Virus record (IMG/VR): IMGVR_UViG_3300007510_000008
Location: 1-57,307 of that record
DNA length: 57,307 nucleotides
From: a virus
Taxonomy: Duplodnaviria; Caudoviricetes
Direction: 5' to 3' (one strand)
Every line of letters starts with the position of its first letter. Position 1 is the first letter of the stretch. A model generated the notes under the pieces. The model was not told the origin of the DNA and did not search any database. It saw only the letters and a list, made by a program, of their open reading frames with translations. The position numbers were made by a program, and so were the translations under genes. Positions 35,270 to 44,256 of this stretch are shown here, piece by piece.

Positions 35270-36203
35270 CTATGAGTTTGTGGACGGACCTTGGGGCGGT
35301 GGAAACCAATTCCTCAAGCATCTCTACAAGGAACTCGAAAAACGCGGACATACTATGATCGATAGTCGTTTGCGCGGTTATGCAGGAGAAGCAGAGGTTG
35401 TGCTAGTCAATGCTCATCACTTCGGAGAGGACTGCTATCGATCACCTAACGTTGCTTTGGTTCATCGTATTGATGGCCCTACGCAGCTAATACGTGGTCA
35501 TGATGAAGGCGTGGACAAAAGGCTTTGGGAAATGAACAAGCAAATGCATGCTACAGTTTTTCAATCCGATTGGAGCCTTCAGAAGAACCTTCAGCTTGGC
35601 TTTGTGCCGCATGACCACAAATCGGTGTACACAATTGTCAATGGTACAGACACCGAAATGTTTCCGTTCAAGAAACGAGAGATGGACATGCCCAATCGTG
35701 TTCGATTGATAACTGCAAGTTGGAGTGATAATCCACGTAAAGCGGCGTGGCTACTTCAACAGTTAGAGGACCGAATCGATTTTGAACAAAGAGCGATTGA
35801 GTACACTTTCATTGGTCGGTTGCCAGGAAAGTACAAGCAGATCAAGGTTAGTCCTGCTGTCTCTCCACCCTTCTTGAAGAATCATTATGATGAAGCGGAT
35901 ATCTACGTAGCACCTTCACAAAACGATCCCTGTTCCAATGCGGTAATTGAAGCGCAAGCTTGTGGCTTACCTGTACTGTATCTGGATGACGGAGGGCATC
36001 GGGAAATTGTAGGTGTTGGTGGGGAAGCTTTTCACGATCAAACCTTGTACAGTTTCTTGTGGGGGCTTAAGTCTATCTGCGAGAACTACAACAGACTCAC
36101 TCAGTTTATCGAAGTGAAGTCAATCGAAAAAGCCGCAGACGAATACGAGGAGGTTTTCCATGTCGCTATCGCAAATCTTAAGCGCAGTAAGAGACAAGAC
36201 TGA
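35253..36203 (+). CDS. glycosyltransferase, GT4/GT-B
   Basis: GGGNQFL, HRIDGP, VFQS, DPCSNAVIEAQACGLPV...GGHREIV. Confidence 0.88.
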   Translation: MKILIDYEFVDGPWGGGNQFLKHLYKELEKRGHTMIDSRLRGYAGEAEVVLVNAHHFGEDCYRSPNVALVHRIDGPTQLIRGHDEGVDKRLWEMNKQMHATVFQSDWSLQKNLQLGFVPHDHKSVYTIVNGTDTEMFPFKKREMDMPNRVRLITASWSDNPRKAAWLLQQLEDRIDFEQRAIEYTFIGRLPGKYKQIKVSPAVSPPFLKNHYDEADIYVAPSQNDPCSNAVIEAQACGLPVLYLDDGGHREIVGVGGEAFHDQTLYSFLWGLKSICENYNRLTQFIEVKSIEKAADEYEEVFHVAIANLKRSKRQD

Positions 36204-36732
36204 GTACAAAACAACAACTACCGAAAAGCTCAAGGTTCAACTCTATGAGCAATGTGTTCTCGAAACCTACATGTGGGTGATGGAACTAGGATGCGATACA
36301 GGCAACACGACAGCCGCTCTTGCTCTCGCTATGAAGCAGAACGGTGGTAGGGTTCTAGCTATCGACAACGATCCTTTGCGTATTTCGAAAGCAATGAAAC
36401 TCATGGAGGAACTTGATCTTCAAGACCATGTAGTATTCAAGACAATGGATATCTATAGGCCCGAAGCATGGGAAGTAATAGGAAAGTATCCCATTGAGTT
36501 TGTGTTTGTAGATGCCATGCATGAAGGCGAGTATCCACGTTGGGATATTCAGAACATACGTAAACTCTTTCCCCGCATCCCTGTGGTGATGCACGATTAC
36601 GGCTTAGTTGGCGCGGGAGTCAAGAGTGCTATCGAGGCCGAAGGACAGATAGTTCGAAAGTTTCTAGGCATGGAAAAAGATTGGAATCCCCTCAAAGGGA
36701 ATACCGAAGATTGGGAGGCAGCTTTGATATGA
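36160..36732 (+). CDS. class I SAM-dependent methyltransferase
   Basis: ELGCDTG, LAID, VFVDAMH, HDY. Confidence 0.85.
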   Translation: MSLSQILSAVRDKTEYKTTTTEKLKVQLYEQCVLETYMWVMELGCDTGNTTAALALAMKQNGGRVLAIDNDPLRISKAMKLMEELDLQDHVVFKTMDIYRPEAWEVIGKYPIEFVFVDAMHEGEYPRWDIQNIRKLFPRIPVVMHDYGLVGAGVKSAIEAEGQIVRKFLGMEKDWNPLKGNTEDWEAALI

Positions 36733-37430
36733 TCTCATTCATAACAGTAAACTACAAAGGAGATATCTGGATGGAGATTCTCCTTGAATCAATTGAACAA
36801 TCGATGAGCCACTTAAACTATGAAGTGGTTGTTGTATGTAATTCCCCTACAAAGCTAGACTATGGAAGGTGGTCAAATATCAAGTTAGTGGATAATACTA
36901 ACACAAAAGAAGTAGGAAGCCGAGGACATGCAGATGGGTTATCTATTGGATATAACAACTTAGATAAGGCATCTAAGTATGTGATTTTAGTAGATCAGGA
37001 TATCGCTTTTTTGTCTAAAAATTGGGATAAGAAGATTTCAGATTTGCTATCTAAATACGAGCTAGTATCGGGAGTATTTGAGGATCGGGCTTACAATAAG
37101 AATTTTTTCCGTCCTTACTTTATGGCTTTTGTAAAAGCCATTTTTGATGACGAGATTAAGTTCCGAGAGGGCCTATACCCAAACATTCCCATTGTGGATA
37201 CCGCAGGGAAACTATCACAATTCTGTTTCAAGAATAAGCTAAAAACTAAAGTGCTTCCGAATTCGCGGAATTGGCCCAAACAATATGATCGTCTTTATGA
37301 TTTTGGGGAGTCTATATACTTAGAAGAAGATAAACCGCTATGCCATCATGTAGGAAGGTCCGTTCCTAAAAATAATAGGAGTAGGAAGTGGTCTATTTGG
37401 GTAGAGGAATACTTTAAGGAGTCTGTATGA
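36729..37430 (+). CDS. GT2-like glycosyltransferase
   Basis: ITVNY, VVVVCN, H..GL, LVDQD (DxD); AT-rich. Confidence 0.7.
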   Translation: MISFITVNYKGDIWMEILLESIEQSMSHLNYEVVVVCNSPTKLDYGRWSNIKLVDNTNTKEVGSRGHADGLSIGYNNLDKASKYVILVDQDIAFLSKNWDKKISDLLSKYELVSGVFEDRAYNKNFFRPYFMAFVKAIFDDEIKFREGLYPNIPIVDTAGKLSQFCFKNKLKTKVLPNSRNWPKQYDRLYDFGESIYLEEDKPLCHHVGRSVPKNNRSRKWSIWVEEYFKESV

Positions 37431-38056
37431 ACGAGCTAACGAGATTAGCGAATCAATTCAATACTAATAAGGGAACTAGTTTCTCTGAAAAACATGGGTT
37501 CACAGACTTCTACTACAGGTATCTAAAAGATGAAAGAGATACCTATGAAAAAGTGTTTGAAATAGGTGTGCATAAGGGAGGCTCCATAAAAATGTGGTTG
37601 GCCTATTTCAATAAGGCTAAAGTCTTTGGTATGGACGATAGACATTTTGCGGACATCAATGATTCTAGATACACACTATTTAAGGGGGATCAGGCAGATC
37701 GTGAATGTCTCGAAAAATTCATATCTGAATTCGGAGGAGACTTTGATTTGATTCTTGATGACGGTGGGCATCACATGAAACAACAGCAGATAAGTTTTGG
37801 TTTTCTATTCCCCTACGTTAAACCAGAGGGCTACTACGTTATCGAGGATCTTCATACGTCTAAATTAGGGGGGAAGTTTATCGATGATAAAGATTTCCCA
37901 AAGACCCTACCCCTTGTTGAAACTCTAAAAGAGTCCAATCAATTTCCTAGTAAATACCTGACAGAAGAAGAAATTGAATACATACAGGATAGTATAGAAT
38001 TCGTAGAGATATTCTATGGCTCTGGAATAACAGCTATCATAAAGAAAAAAGCATAG
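37427..38056 (+). CDS. SAM-dependent (sugar O-)methyltransferase
   Basis: TNKG...H, FEIGV..GGS..MW..YF, GDQ, FDLILDDGGH, YVIEDLHTS; AT-rich. Confidence 0.85.
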   Translation: MNELTRLANQFNTNKGTSFSEKHGFTDFYYRYLKDERDTYEKVFEIGVHKGGSIKMWLAYFNKAKVFGMDDRHFADINDSRYTLFKGDQADRECLEKFISEFGGDFDLILDDGGHHMKQQQISFGFLFPYVKPEGYYVIEDLHTSKLGGKFIDDKDFPKTLPLVETLKESNQFPSKYLTEEEIEYIQDSIEFVEIFYGSGITAIIKKKA

Positions 38057-38057
38057 A

Positions 38058-39635
38058 ATGGATATACAACAACAACGTCAAGAGTTTGTCAAGTGTGCAA
38101 GGGATTGTCTTTACTTCCTGCTTACGTTTGGAAAGGTGCGACACCCAATGAAGGGATTGATTCCTTTCAAAATGTACGACTTTCAAGAGGAAACGCTAGG
38201 GGACTTCCTAACGAACCGATTTACGATCATCCTCAAGAGTAGACAGCTTGGCTTGTCAACACTTGTGGCTGGTCACTGTGCGTGGCTCATGATCTTTCAT
38301 CCTAACAAAGAGATCTTGGTTATCGCTACCAAACAGTCAACCGCTATCAACTTCATTACGAAGGTGAAAGTGTTCATGAGGTATCTACCAGATTTCCTCA
38401 AGCCCGAGCTTACGTCCGACAACCAACAGAGCGTAACAATTGCTAATGGCTCTACGTGTACAGCCTCTCCATCTTCAGATGATGCGGGACGAAGCGAAGC
38501 TTTATCATTGTTGGTGCTTGATGAAGCTGCCTTTATTAAGAACATTGACGTTCTATGGACCGCTGCGTATCCTACCTTATCAACGGGTGGTGACGCTATC
38601 ATTCTTTCGACTCCGAATGGTCAGGGTAACTTCTTCCACAAAATGTTTGTGGAGGCCGAATCAGAACTAAACGACTTCAAGCCTATCACTCTCAATTGGG
38701 ATCTTCATCCCGAGCGTGATCAGGATTGGTGGGAAGATTCGTTCAAGGCTCTTAGCTTTGACAAGCAGCGCATGGCGCAGGAATATGAATGCTCATTCAT
38801 TGCTTCAGGTAACACGGTAGTTGATGCTGAATCGCTGCAATGGTATCGCAAGCACAAGATGAAAGACCCAATCAGTAAGTCTGGTCCCAACAATGCTATT
38901 TGGCGTTGGCGTGATCTTAAGAATGATCCTACCCTTATGGACCGAGAGTTCATCATTACGGCTGACGTTGCGCGTGGTGATGGAAAGGACTTCTCTACCT
39001 ATGAGGTCTTTGACTTAACCAACTATGAACAGATAGAAGAATTCAAGGGTAAGGTAACTACGACTGAATTTGTTCAACTTTTGCTTAAGGCCGCGACTAC
39101 TTATAAGAAAGCGCAAATCGTAGTAGAAAACAACGGTTTGGGGTGGGCTGTAGCTAGTTCGCTCGTAGAATCAGGCTATTCCAATATCTACTACACTAGC
39201 AGAGCGCAAAAGACAAAAGTGAATCCCTATGCTCCTGTTGAGTCAGAAGTGAAAATGGTCCCAGGATTCACCATGTCACCATTAGTTCGTCCTAGAGTCA
39301 TTGACGCTATGGTTGAGCTAATGAACCCGAGAACGTTACAGGTTTACTCAAAGAGGCTGCTCGATGAGCTTGACGTTTTCATTTGGTACAACGGTAAAGC
39401 ACAAGCGATGCAAAGCTACAATGATGACCTTGTTATTCCTCTTGCAACAGCTTGCTACTTGAGATATGAGGCGCAACGAAACTCACACCAAGCCCTTGAT
39501 GTTGAGTATTACACGCCTGACTTTCAGACCTTTGCAGAAGTGCTGGAACCACAGATAACGCCACAGGGAATTCCAGGGGAAGATCCTTGGGAAGATCCAG
39601 ATCTAGGGGATCTTCGCTGGCTGCTTAATGACTAG
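38058..39635 (+). CDS. terminase large subunit (T4 gp17-like)
   Basis: KSRQLGLST Walker A, VLDEAAF Walker B, STPNG, ADVARGDGKD, NDDLV nuclease motifs. Confidence 0.95.
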   Translation: MDIQQQRQEFVKCARDCLYFLLTFGKVRHPMKGLIPFKMYDFQEETLGDFLTNRFTIILKSRQLGLSTLVAGHCAWLMIFHPNKEILVIATKQSTAINFITKVKVFMRYLPDFLKPELTSDNQQSVTIANGSTCTASPSSDDAGRSEALSLLVLDEAAFIKNIDVLWTAAYPTLSTGGDAIILSTPNGQGNFFHKMFVEAESELNDFKPITLNWDLHPERDQDWWEDSFKALSFDKQRMAQEYECSFIASGNTVVDAESLQWYRKHKMKDPISKSGPNNAIWRWRDLKNDPTLMDREFIITADVARGDGKDFSTYEVFDLTNYEQIEEFKGKVTTTEFVQLLLKAATTYKKAQIVVENNGLGWAVASSLVESGYSNIYYTSRAQKTKVNPYAPVESEVKMVPGFTMSPLVRPRVIDAMVELMNPRTLQVYSKRLLDELDVFIWYNGKAQAMQSYNDDLVIPLATACYLRYEAQRNSHQALDVEYYTPDFQTFAEVLEPQITPQGIPGEDPWEDPDLGDLRWLLND

Positions 39636-39643
39636 GGGAAACG

Positions 39644-41293
39644 ATGCCTATAAAGCCAACAACCTTTAGAACAATGATCGATGCGAGTAAGGAACGCAGA
39701 CCAACCGACTATTCGGGTTTGGCGCGTAAGATTTCTCCGCACAGGCCAAAGTCTGTCTATTATGACGATCTTGGCGATAACGTAAGTACAACTCAGAAGA
39801 TCATTGATCGTTTGTCGGACAAGGTTTCCTATACCTTCTATCAGCAAGCGATTGATAATTCTCAGGTACATGATCGTAAGGCTCGATACACCGACTTTGA
39901 AATGATGGAGTTTGAACCCATGATTTCTTCGGCGTTGGATATCTATGCAGACGAATGCACGATCTTCAATGAAGAAGGTAAAGTCGTTTCGATCTATTCC
40001 GATGACAAGAAGAACAAGGAATACCTTGAGGATTTCTTCTACAATATCCTAGACATTGAGAACAACGCATGGGCATGGGTCCGAAATCTCTGTAAGTACG
40101 GTGATGTTTTCATGTACACCGAGACAGAGGAAACCAACGGGATTGTCCGCGTCCTACCTTTGCCTTCTGTTGAGATCGCAAAGGAAATGGGATTCGATGA
40201 GGACAATCCCGAGAAGATCAGATACCAATGGTTACGGCTTGAAAGCGCGTCTGGACAGTTCTTTACTTCTGGACTACAAGACAAGCCCTACATTGAGGAC
40301 ATTAATATGGCGCATTTCGCCTTGGGCGGGGACGATAGATTTAAGCCCTATAGCCGAGGCATCCTAGACTCAGCGCGTAGAATCTTCAAACAGCTAACAA
40401 TGCTTGAGGACGCGATGATGGTCTATCGTATTACACGTGCGCCCGAGCGTAGAGTGTTCAACATCGAAGTCGGAAACATGAATCCGAAAGACGTTGGGGA
40501 CTATCTTGAGTCTGTAAAGAGAAAGCTCAAGAAAACAAGCACAGTAGAAAAAGACTCTGGAATGACCCACCTTCGCTACAATCCTATGGCTGTAGATGAG
40601 GATTATATCCTTCCCTCTAGAGGTGGGGTTTCTTCACAGATCGACACGCTGCCAGGAGCGCAGCACCTTAGCGACATTGATGACATTGAGTATATTCAGA
40701 AGAAGCTATTCTCTGTTCTCAAAGTACCGAAGTCCTACCTAACTTACGAGGAAGAAATCTCTGCCAAGAGCCTCTTGTCTCAAGAGGACGTTAGATTCTC
40801 TCGTACCATTCAACGCATCCAGAAGGCTTTCCTTGCGGGACTAACACGCCTTGCCATCATCCACCTATATCTCAAGGGTGTGCATGAGGATGACGTTCTA
40901 AACTTCCAGCTTACCATGACTAATCCTTCACATCAGGCCGAGTTGATGCAAGCGGCTTTGTGGATGGAACGTATCAGTCTATTCAAAGAAGCTACTGGTA
41001 AGGATCAGGCATTCTCTGTCGAGTATGCTATGCAGAACTTTCTCAAAATGTCCGATGAGGAAATCAAGCGTGAGCTTGGTCGAATCAAGAAGAACAACCA
41101 CGATGAGCTTGAGTCCGAAGAAGGCGAAATGTGGGATGATGAGGGTGAGGATCGGGAGAACTACGACACGGGAGAAATGGGCGTAGACAAACCCGATACG
41201 GATAGTCCTATGGCTATGGAGAGCAACAAAGCTTTCGTAGGCAAAGTGTACAAAGAGATAACTACACTTTTGAAGGAGAATGCACATGATTAA
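39644..41293 (+). CDS. portal protein (T4 gp20-like)
   Basis: ALDIYADE, EDAMMVYRITRAPERRVFNIEVG, EDY.LP.RG, IDTLPG, LKVPKS. Confidence 0.93.
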   Translation: MPIKPTTFRTMIDASKERRPTDYSGLARKISPHRPKSVYYDDLGDNVSTTQKIIDRLSDKVSYTFYQQAIDNSQVHDRKARYTDFEMMEFEPMISSALDIYADECTIFNEEGKVVSIYSDDKKNKEYLEDFFYNILDIENNAWAWVRNLCKYGDVFMYTETEETNGIVRVLPLPSVEIAKEMGFDEDNPEKIRYQWLRLESASGQFFTSGLQDKPYIEDINMAHFALGGDDRFKPYSRGILDSARRIFKQLTMLEDAMMVYRITRAPERRVFNIEVGNMNPKDVGDYLESVKRKLKKTSTVEKDSGMTHLRYNPMAVDEDYILPSRGGVSSQIDTLPGAQHLSDIDDIEYIQKKLFSVLKVPKSYLTYEEEISAKSLLSQEDVRFSRTIQRIQKAFLAGLTRLAIIHLYLKGVHEDDVLNFQLTMTNPSHQAELMQAALWMERISLFKEATGKDQAFSVEYAMQNFLKMSDEEIKRELGRIKKNNHDELESEEGEMWDDEGEDRENYDTGEMGVDKPDTDSPMAMESNKAFVGKVYKEITTLLKENAHD

Positions 41294-42152
41294 CTCTGGT
41301 CTAATCTTCGAAATGCTATCGTATTCGTTCATCGAATCATTACTTCATAGGGACTTAGATAGGGCAAAGATCTATCATGGCCTTATGCATGAGCATTTTC
41401 ATTCAGAAGCGGCACTTCACAAGGAAGCGGTTGTCTTTAATCACTTGATTCATGCTAAGACAAGAACCAAGATGGGGGCAAAAAAGAAAGTAAAAAATGC
41501 TCTTGCTTTCCTTCCCGAAGGGGAACAGGTGAGCCGAGAGTATGCTAGACTCATTTCGTCCCTTAAACGCACGAAAATACTGCAAGAAATAGAAGATACG
41601 TTCATCAATATTGACGATGAGTACAACAATATGTTCTCAGCAATCAATATTGCGCTTGAGGCGCATCAGACGGGAATTCAGGACAAAAGAACTACTGAAG
41701 AACTGTACGAGCATCTAACGCGAAAAAACGTAGGTGCGGTCAAGAAGTACAACAAGTTTTTCAACGATAAGATGGAACTAGTCTCTATGGCTATGAAGAA
41801 AGACCTAGACCCGCTAGAAGAACAGTTCATCTTGGATGCCCTAGAATCAGAAAACTCCTTCTCAGATTTCATGATGAAGGAATTCACGAAGGTTGACGCT
41901 CGACTACGGGAGCGCGTTGAACTCATTTCTGAGCTAGGGGCGTTGGGTAAGATTGGCGTTGGGGCAGCGGTGGTTGGTTTGATTGTGAAAAAGCTTGACG
42001 AAATCAAGCAAGCGGTTCAGAAACAGACCAAGGAAGTTGTCCACTCTGTTAAGTCAATAAAGAGGGAATCCTACTTCGAAGTCCTAACTGATTGTAAGGA
42101 CTTACTAGAAGAAGCCGACAAAATCATCAAAAAAGTAAAGAAGGATTCATAA
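41286..42152 (+). CDS. hypothetical head-assembly protein
   Basis: Helical ORF between portal and protease; AGGAG RBS. Confidence 0.65.
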   Translation: MINSGLIFEMLSYSFIESLLHRDLDRAKIYHGLMHEHFHSEAALHKEAVVFNHLIHAKTRTKMGAKKKVKNALAFLPEGEQVSREYARLISSLKRTKILQEIEDTFINIDDEYNNMFSAINIALEAHQTGIQDKRTTEELYEHLTRKNVGAVKKYNKFFNDKMELVSMAMKKDLDPLEEQFILDALESENSFSDFMMKEFTKVDARLRERVELISELGALGKIGVGAAVVGLIVKKLDEIKQAVQKQTKEVVHSVKSIKRESYFEVLTDCKDLLEEADKIIKKVKKDS

Positions 42153-42736
42153 TGAAAGGCATTATAACAGAAACAACGCTAATTAATATAAATGAATCTC
42201 TAATTAGAGAAGCTGTAAAGGCCATTGAAACCGAACAGCCTTTAATCATTCGGGGTCCATTGCAAAAAGCCGATGAGAAGAATCGTAACGGGCGCATCTA
42301 CGCGAAAGACATTCTTGAACGTGAGATGAGCAAGTATCAGAGGCTAGTGGATGAGAATCGTGCCTTGGGTGAGTTAGATCACCCTACGACTCCCGAAGTT
42401 AACCTTCAGAATGCCTCTCATTTGATCAGGCGTTTCTGGTGGAACGGACTCGTTATTGAAGGCGAAGTCGAGATTTTGAATACACCCGCAGGGAAGATTG
42501 CAAAACAGCTAATAGCCTCCAAAGTTCCATTAGGCATTAGCTCAAGAGGTGTTGGCAGCGTAGATGGAGACAACTACGTGCAAGAGGATTATCAGTTGAT
42601 TTGTTATGACTTGGTATCCATGCCTTCGACTCATGGAGCATTCCTGCATGAAAGTGAAAACTTTGGAGAGGTTAGAAAAGTGGTTGACGTATCCGAATTC
42701 CTAGAGAAGTCGGCGCACTTTTTGAACAAGTATTAA
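42152..42736 (+). CDS. prohead protease (T4 gp21-like)
   Basis: NRNGRIY, ALGELDHP, SH, GISSRGVGS, DLVS.PST.GA. Confidence 0.93.
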   Translation: MKGIITETTLININESLIREAVKAIETEQPLIIRGPLQKADEKNRNGRIYAKDILEREMSKYQRLVDENRALGELDHPTTPEVNLQNASHLIRRFWWNGLVIEGEVEILNTPAGKIAKQLIASKVPLGISSRGVGSVDGDNYVQEDYQLICYDLVSMPSTHGAFLHESENFGEVRKVVDVSEFLEKSAHFLNKY

Positions 42737-42745
42737 GGAGACAAA

Positions 42746-43717
42746 ATGCGTAAGAAAATCAAAGATCTATTCTTGAATGAAGTTGAAGAACTTGATGAAG
42801 AACTAGACGGCGATTACGAGGACGAGGAAGTAATTGACGGCGATGACGAAGAAGATGCCGAAGAAGTTACTGAGGAAACAGATACCCCTTCAGCCGAGGG
42901 TGGAGATGCTCCTGCCTTTGATTCCGACGAAGAAGATGACCTTCTAGGCGAGGAAGATGAGGAGGAATTCTCTGACGATGATGAAGGCGATGACGATAAC
43001 GTTGATATCGACATTCATACCGATGATGAATCTCATGATGATGAAGAAGTCGAAGTGGATGACGATGAAGGCGATGAGGAAGTCGCTGTTGATCTAGGCG
43101 ATGAGGATACTGAACCCTCTGGTGATGAAACCGCTGTCGATGATCTTGACGATGAGGATGAAGCTGAAATCGAAGTTGATGAAGCTACAGACGAACTCGA
43201 CCTAGATTACCCTGAAGGTGAACTCGCTGATGAGGAAGATGATGAGGAAATCCTAGAAGTCTTTGACGATGAAATCGAGGACGAGGAAGATGACGAAGAA
43301 TTAGAGGATGAACCTTACATGGAATCATACAAGAGACTCAACAAGAAAATGAATGCTCTCATCAAGGAGCATAAGAAGCTAAGAAAGGTCGTCAAGGCTC
43401 AGAAGGCTTCTATTAATGAAACCGATCTGTATCTATCTAAGATCGCTGTAACAACTCGCTTGCTATCTAGTGAGAACCTATCTGCCAAGCAGAAGTCTCA
43501 CATCATTGAAGCCATCGACCGCGCAAAGAATGAGAAGGAAGTTAAGAAGATCTATAACGTCCTCTCCGAAAGCTTTGCTCTTGGTAACATTGGTAAGGGT
43601 ATCAAGGAAATCATCAAGGAAACTACGATGACGAGTTCTTCTTCAACAACAAGTCCTACACTCATTGAGACTGTGGACGTTAAGAGAATGCAGCACTTGG
43701 CTGGAATTTCTGACTAA
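42746..43717 (+). CDS. prohead scaffolding/core protein
   Basis: Extremely acidic N-terminal region, coiled-coil C terminus ending RMQHLAGI; lies between protease and capsid genes. Confidence 0.75.
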   Translation: MRKKIKDLFLNEVEELDEELDGDYEDEEVIDGDDEEDAEEVTEETDTPSAEGGDAPAFDSDEEDDLLGEEDEEEFSDDDEGDDDNVDIDIHTDDESHDDEEVEVDDDEGDEEVAVDLGDEDTEPSGDETAVDDLDDEDEAEIEVDEATDELDLDYPEGELADEEDDEEILEVFDDEIEDEEDDEELEDEPYMESYKRLNKKMNALIKEHKKLRKVVKAQKASINETDLYLSKIAVTTRLLSSENLSAKQKSHIIEAIDRAKNEKEVKKIYNVLSESFALGNIGKGIKEIIKETTMTSSSSTTSPTLIETVDVKRMQHLAGISD

Positions 43718-43740
43718 ACCATTGACCAAGGTGGTTTGTC

Positions 43741-44256
43741 ATGAACAGTCATAAGATACTGGAACACTCATTTCTGATGACTTCCGAAGGCTTACTACGT
43801 GAGCTTTCGAGAGTGAAACCAGAAAAGGTCGTTGAAGAAAAGGTAGCCGTAAAGCCCCGCCAGCCTAAGAAAAAGGTGAAACGCGAGGCTACGAAGCCGC
43901 CCGTAGTTGTAGAGCAACCCGTGATAGAGGAAGATATGACACACTTCAACGACCACTTTGAAACGCTTTTGGAGAATGAGATGCTACGTGAGCTATTAGG
44001 TTCGCTTGGTTCTGCTCTAAAGCGCGAGAAGAAACTATTTAATGAACAGCTAAAGCACTCTCAATCTAAATTGACAGAGAAAATAAGGTTACTGGAAGCA
44101 GACAAAGAGCGGTTGATACAAGAGCAAGAAGAATTGAAGGCTAATGCTGAAACAGAACAAACTGAAACCAAAAGACTAGCACGTACAATGCAGTACAATG
44201 CTGGTCTAGATCCTTTCACTAATGCTGAAAAGCAGGAGACTAGTAAAGATGAATAA
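43741..44256 (+). CDS. hypothetical prohead core-like protein
   Basis: Coiled-coil; near-terminal RTMQYNAGL motif. Confidence 0.6.
   Translation: MNSHKILEHSFLMTSEGLLRELSRVKPEKVVEEKVAVKPRQPKKKVKREATKPPVVVEQPVIEEDMTHFNDHFETLLENEMLRELLGSLGSALKREKKLFNEQLKHSQSKLTEKIRLLEADKERLIQEQEELKANAETEQTETKRLARTMQYNAGLDPFTNAEKQETSKDE

Noticed and set aside
8454-39635. Inteins or group I introns in uvsX, helicase, nrdJ or terminase
   Set aside because: Normal lengths, contiguous motifs and no splice-junction signatures.
42790-43320. GAY/GAR-rich low-complexity tract as a DNA repeat element
   Set aside because: It simply encodes the acidic region of the scaffold protein.
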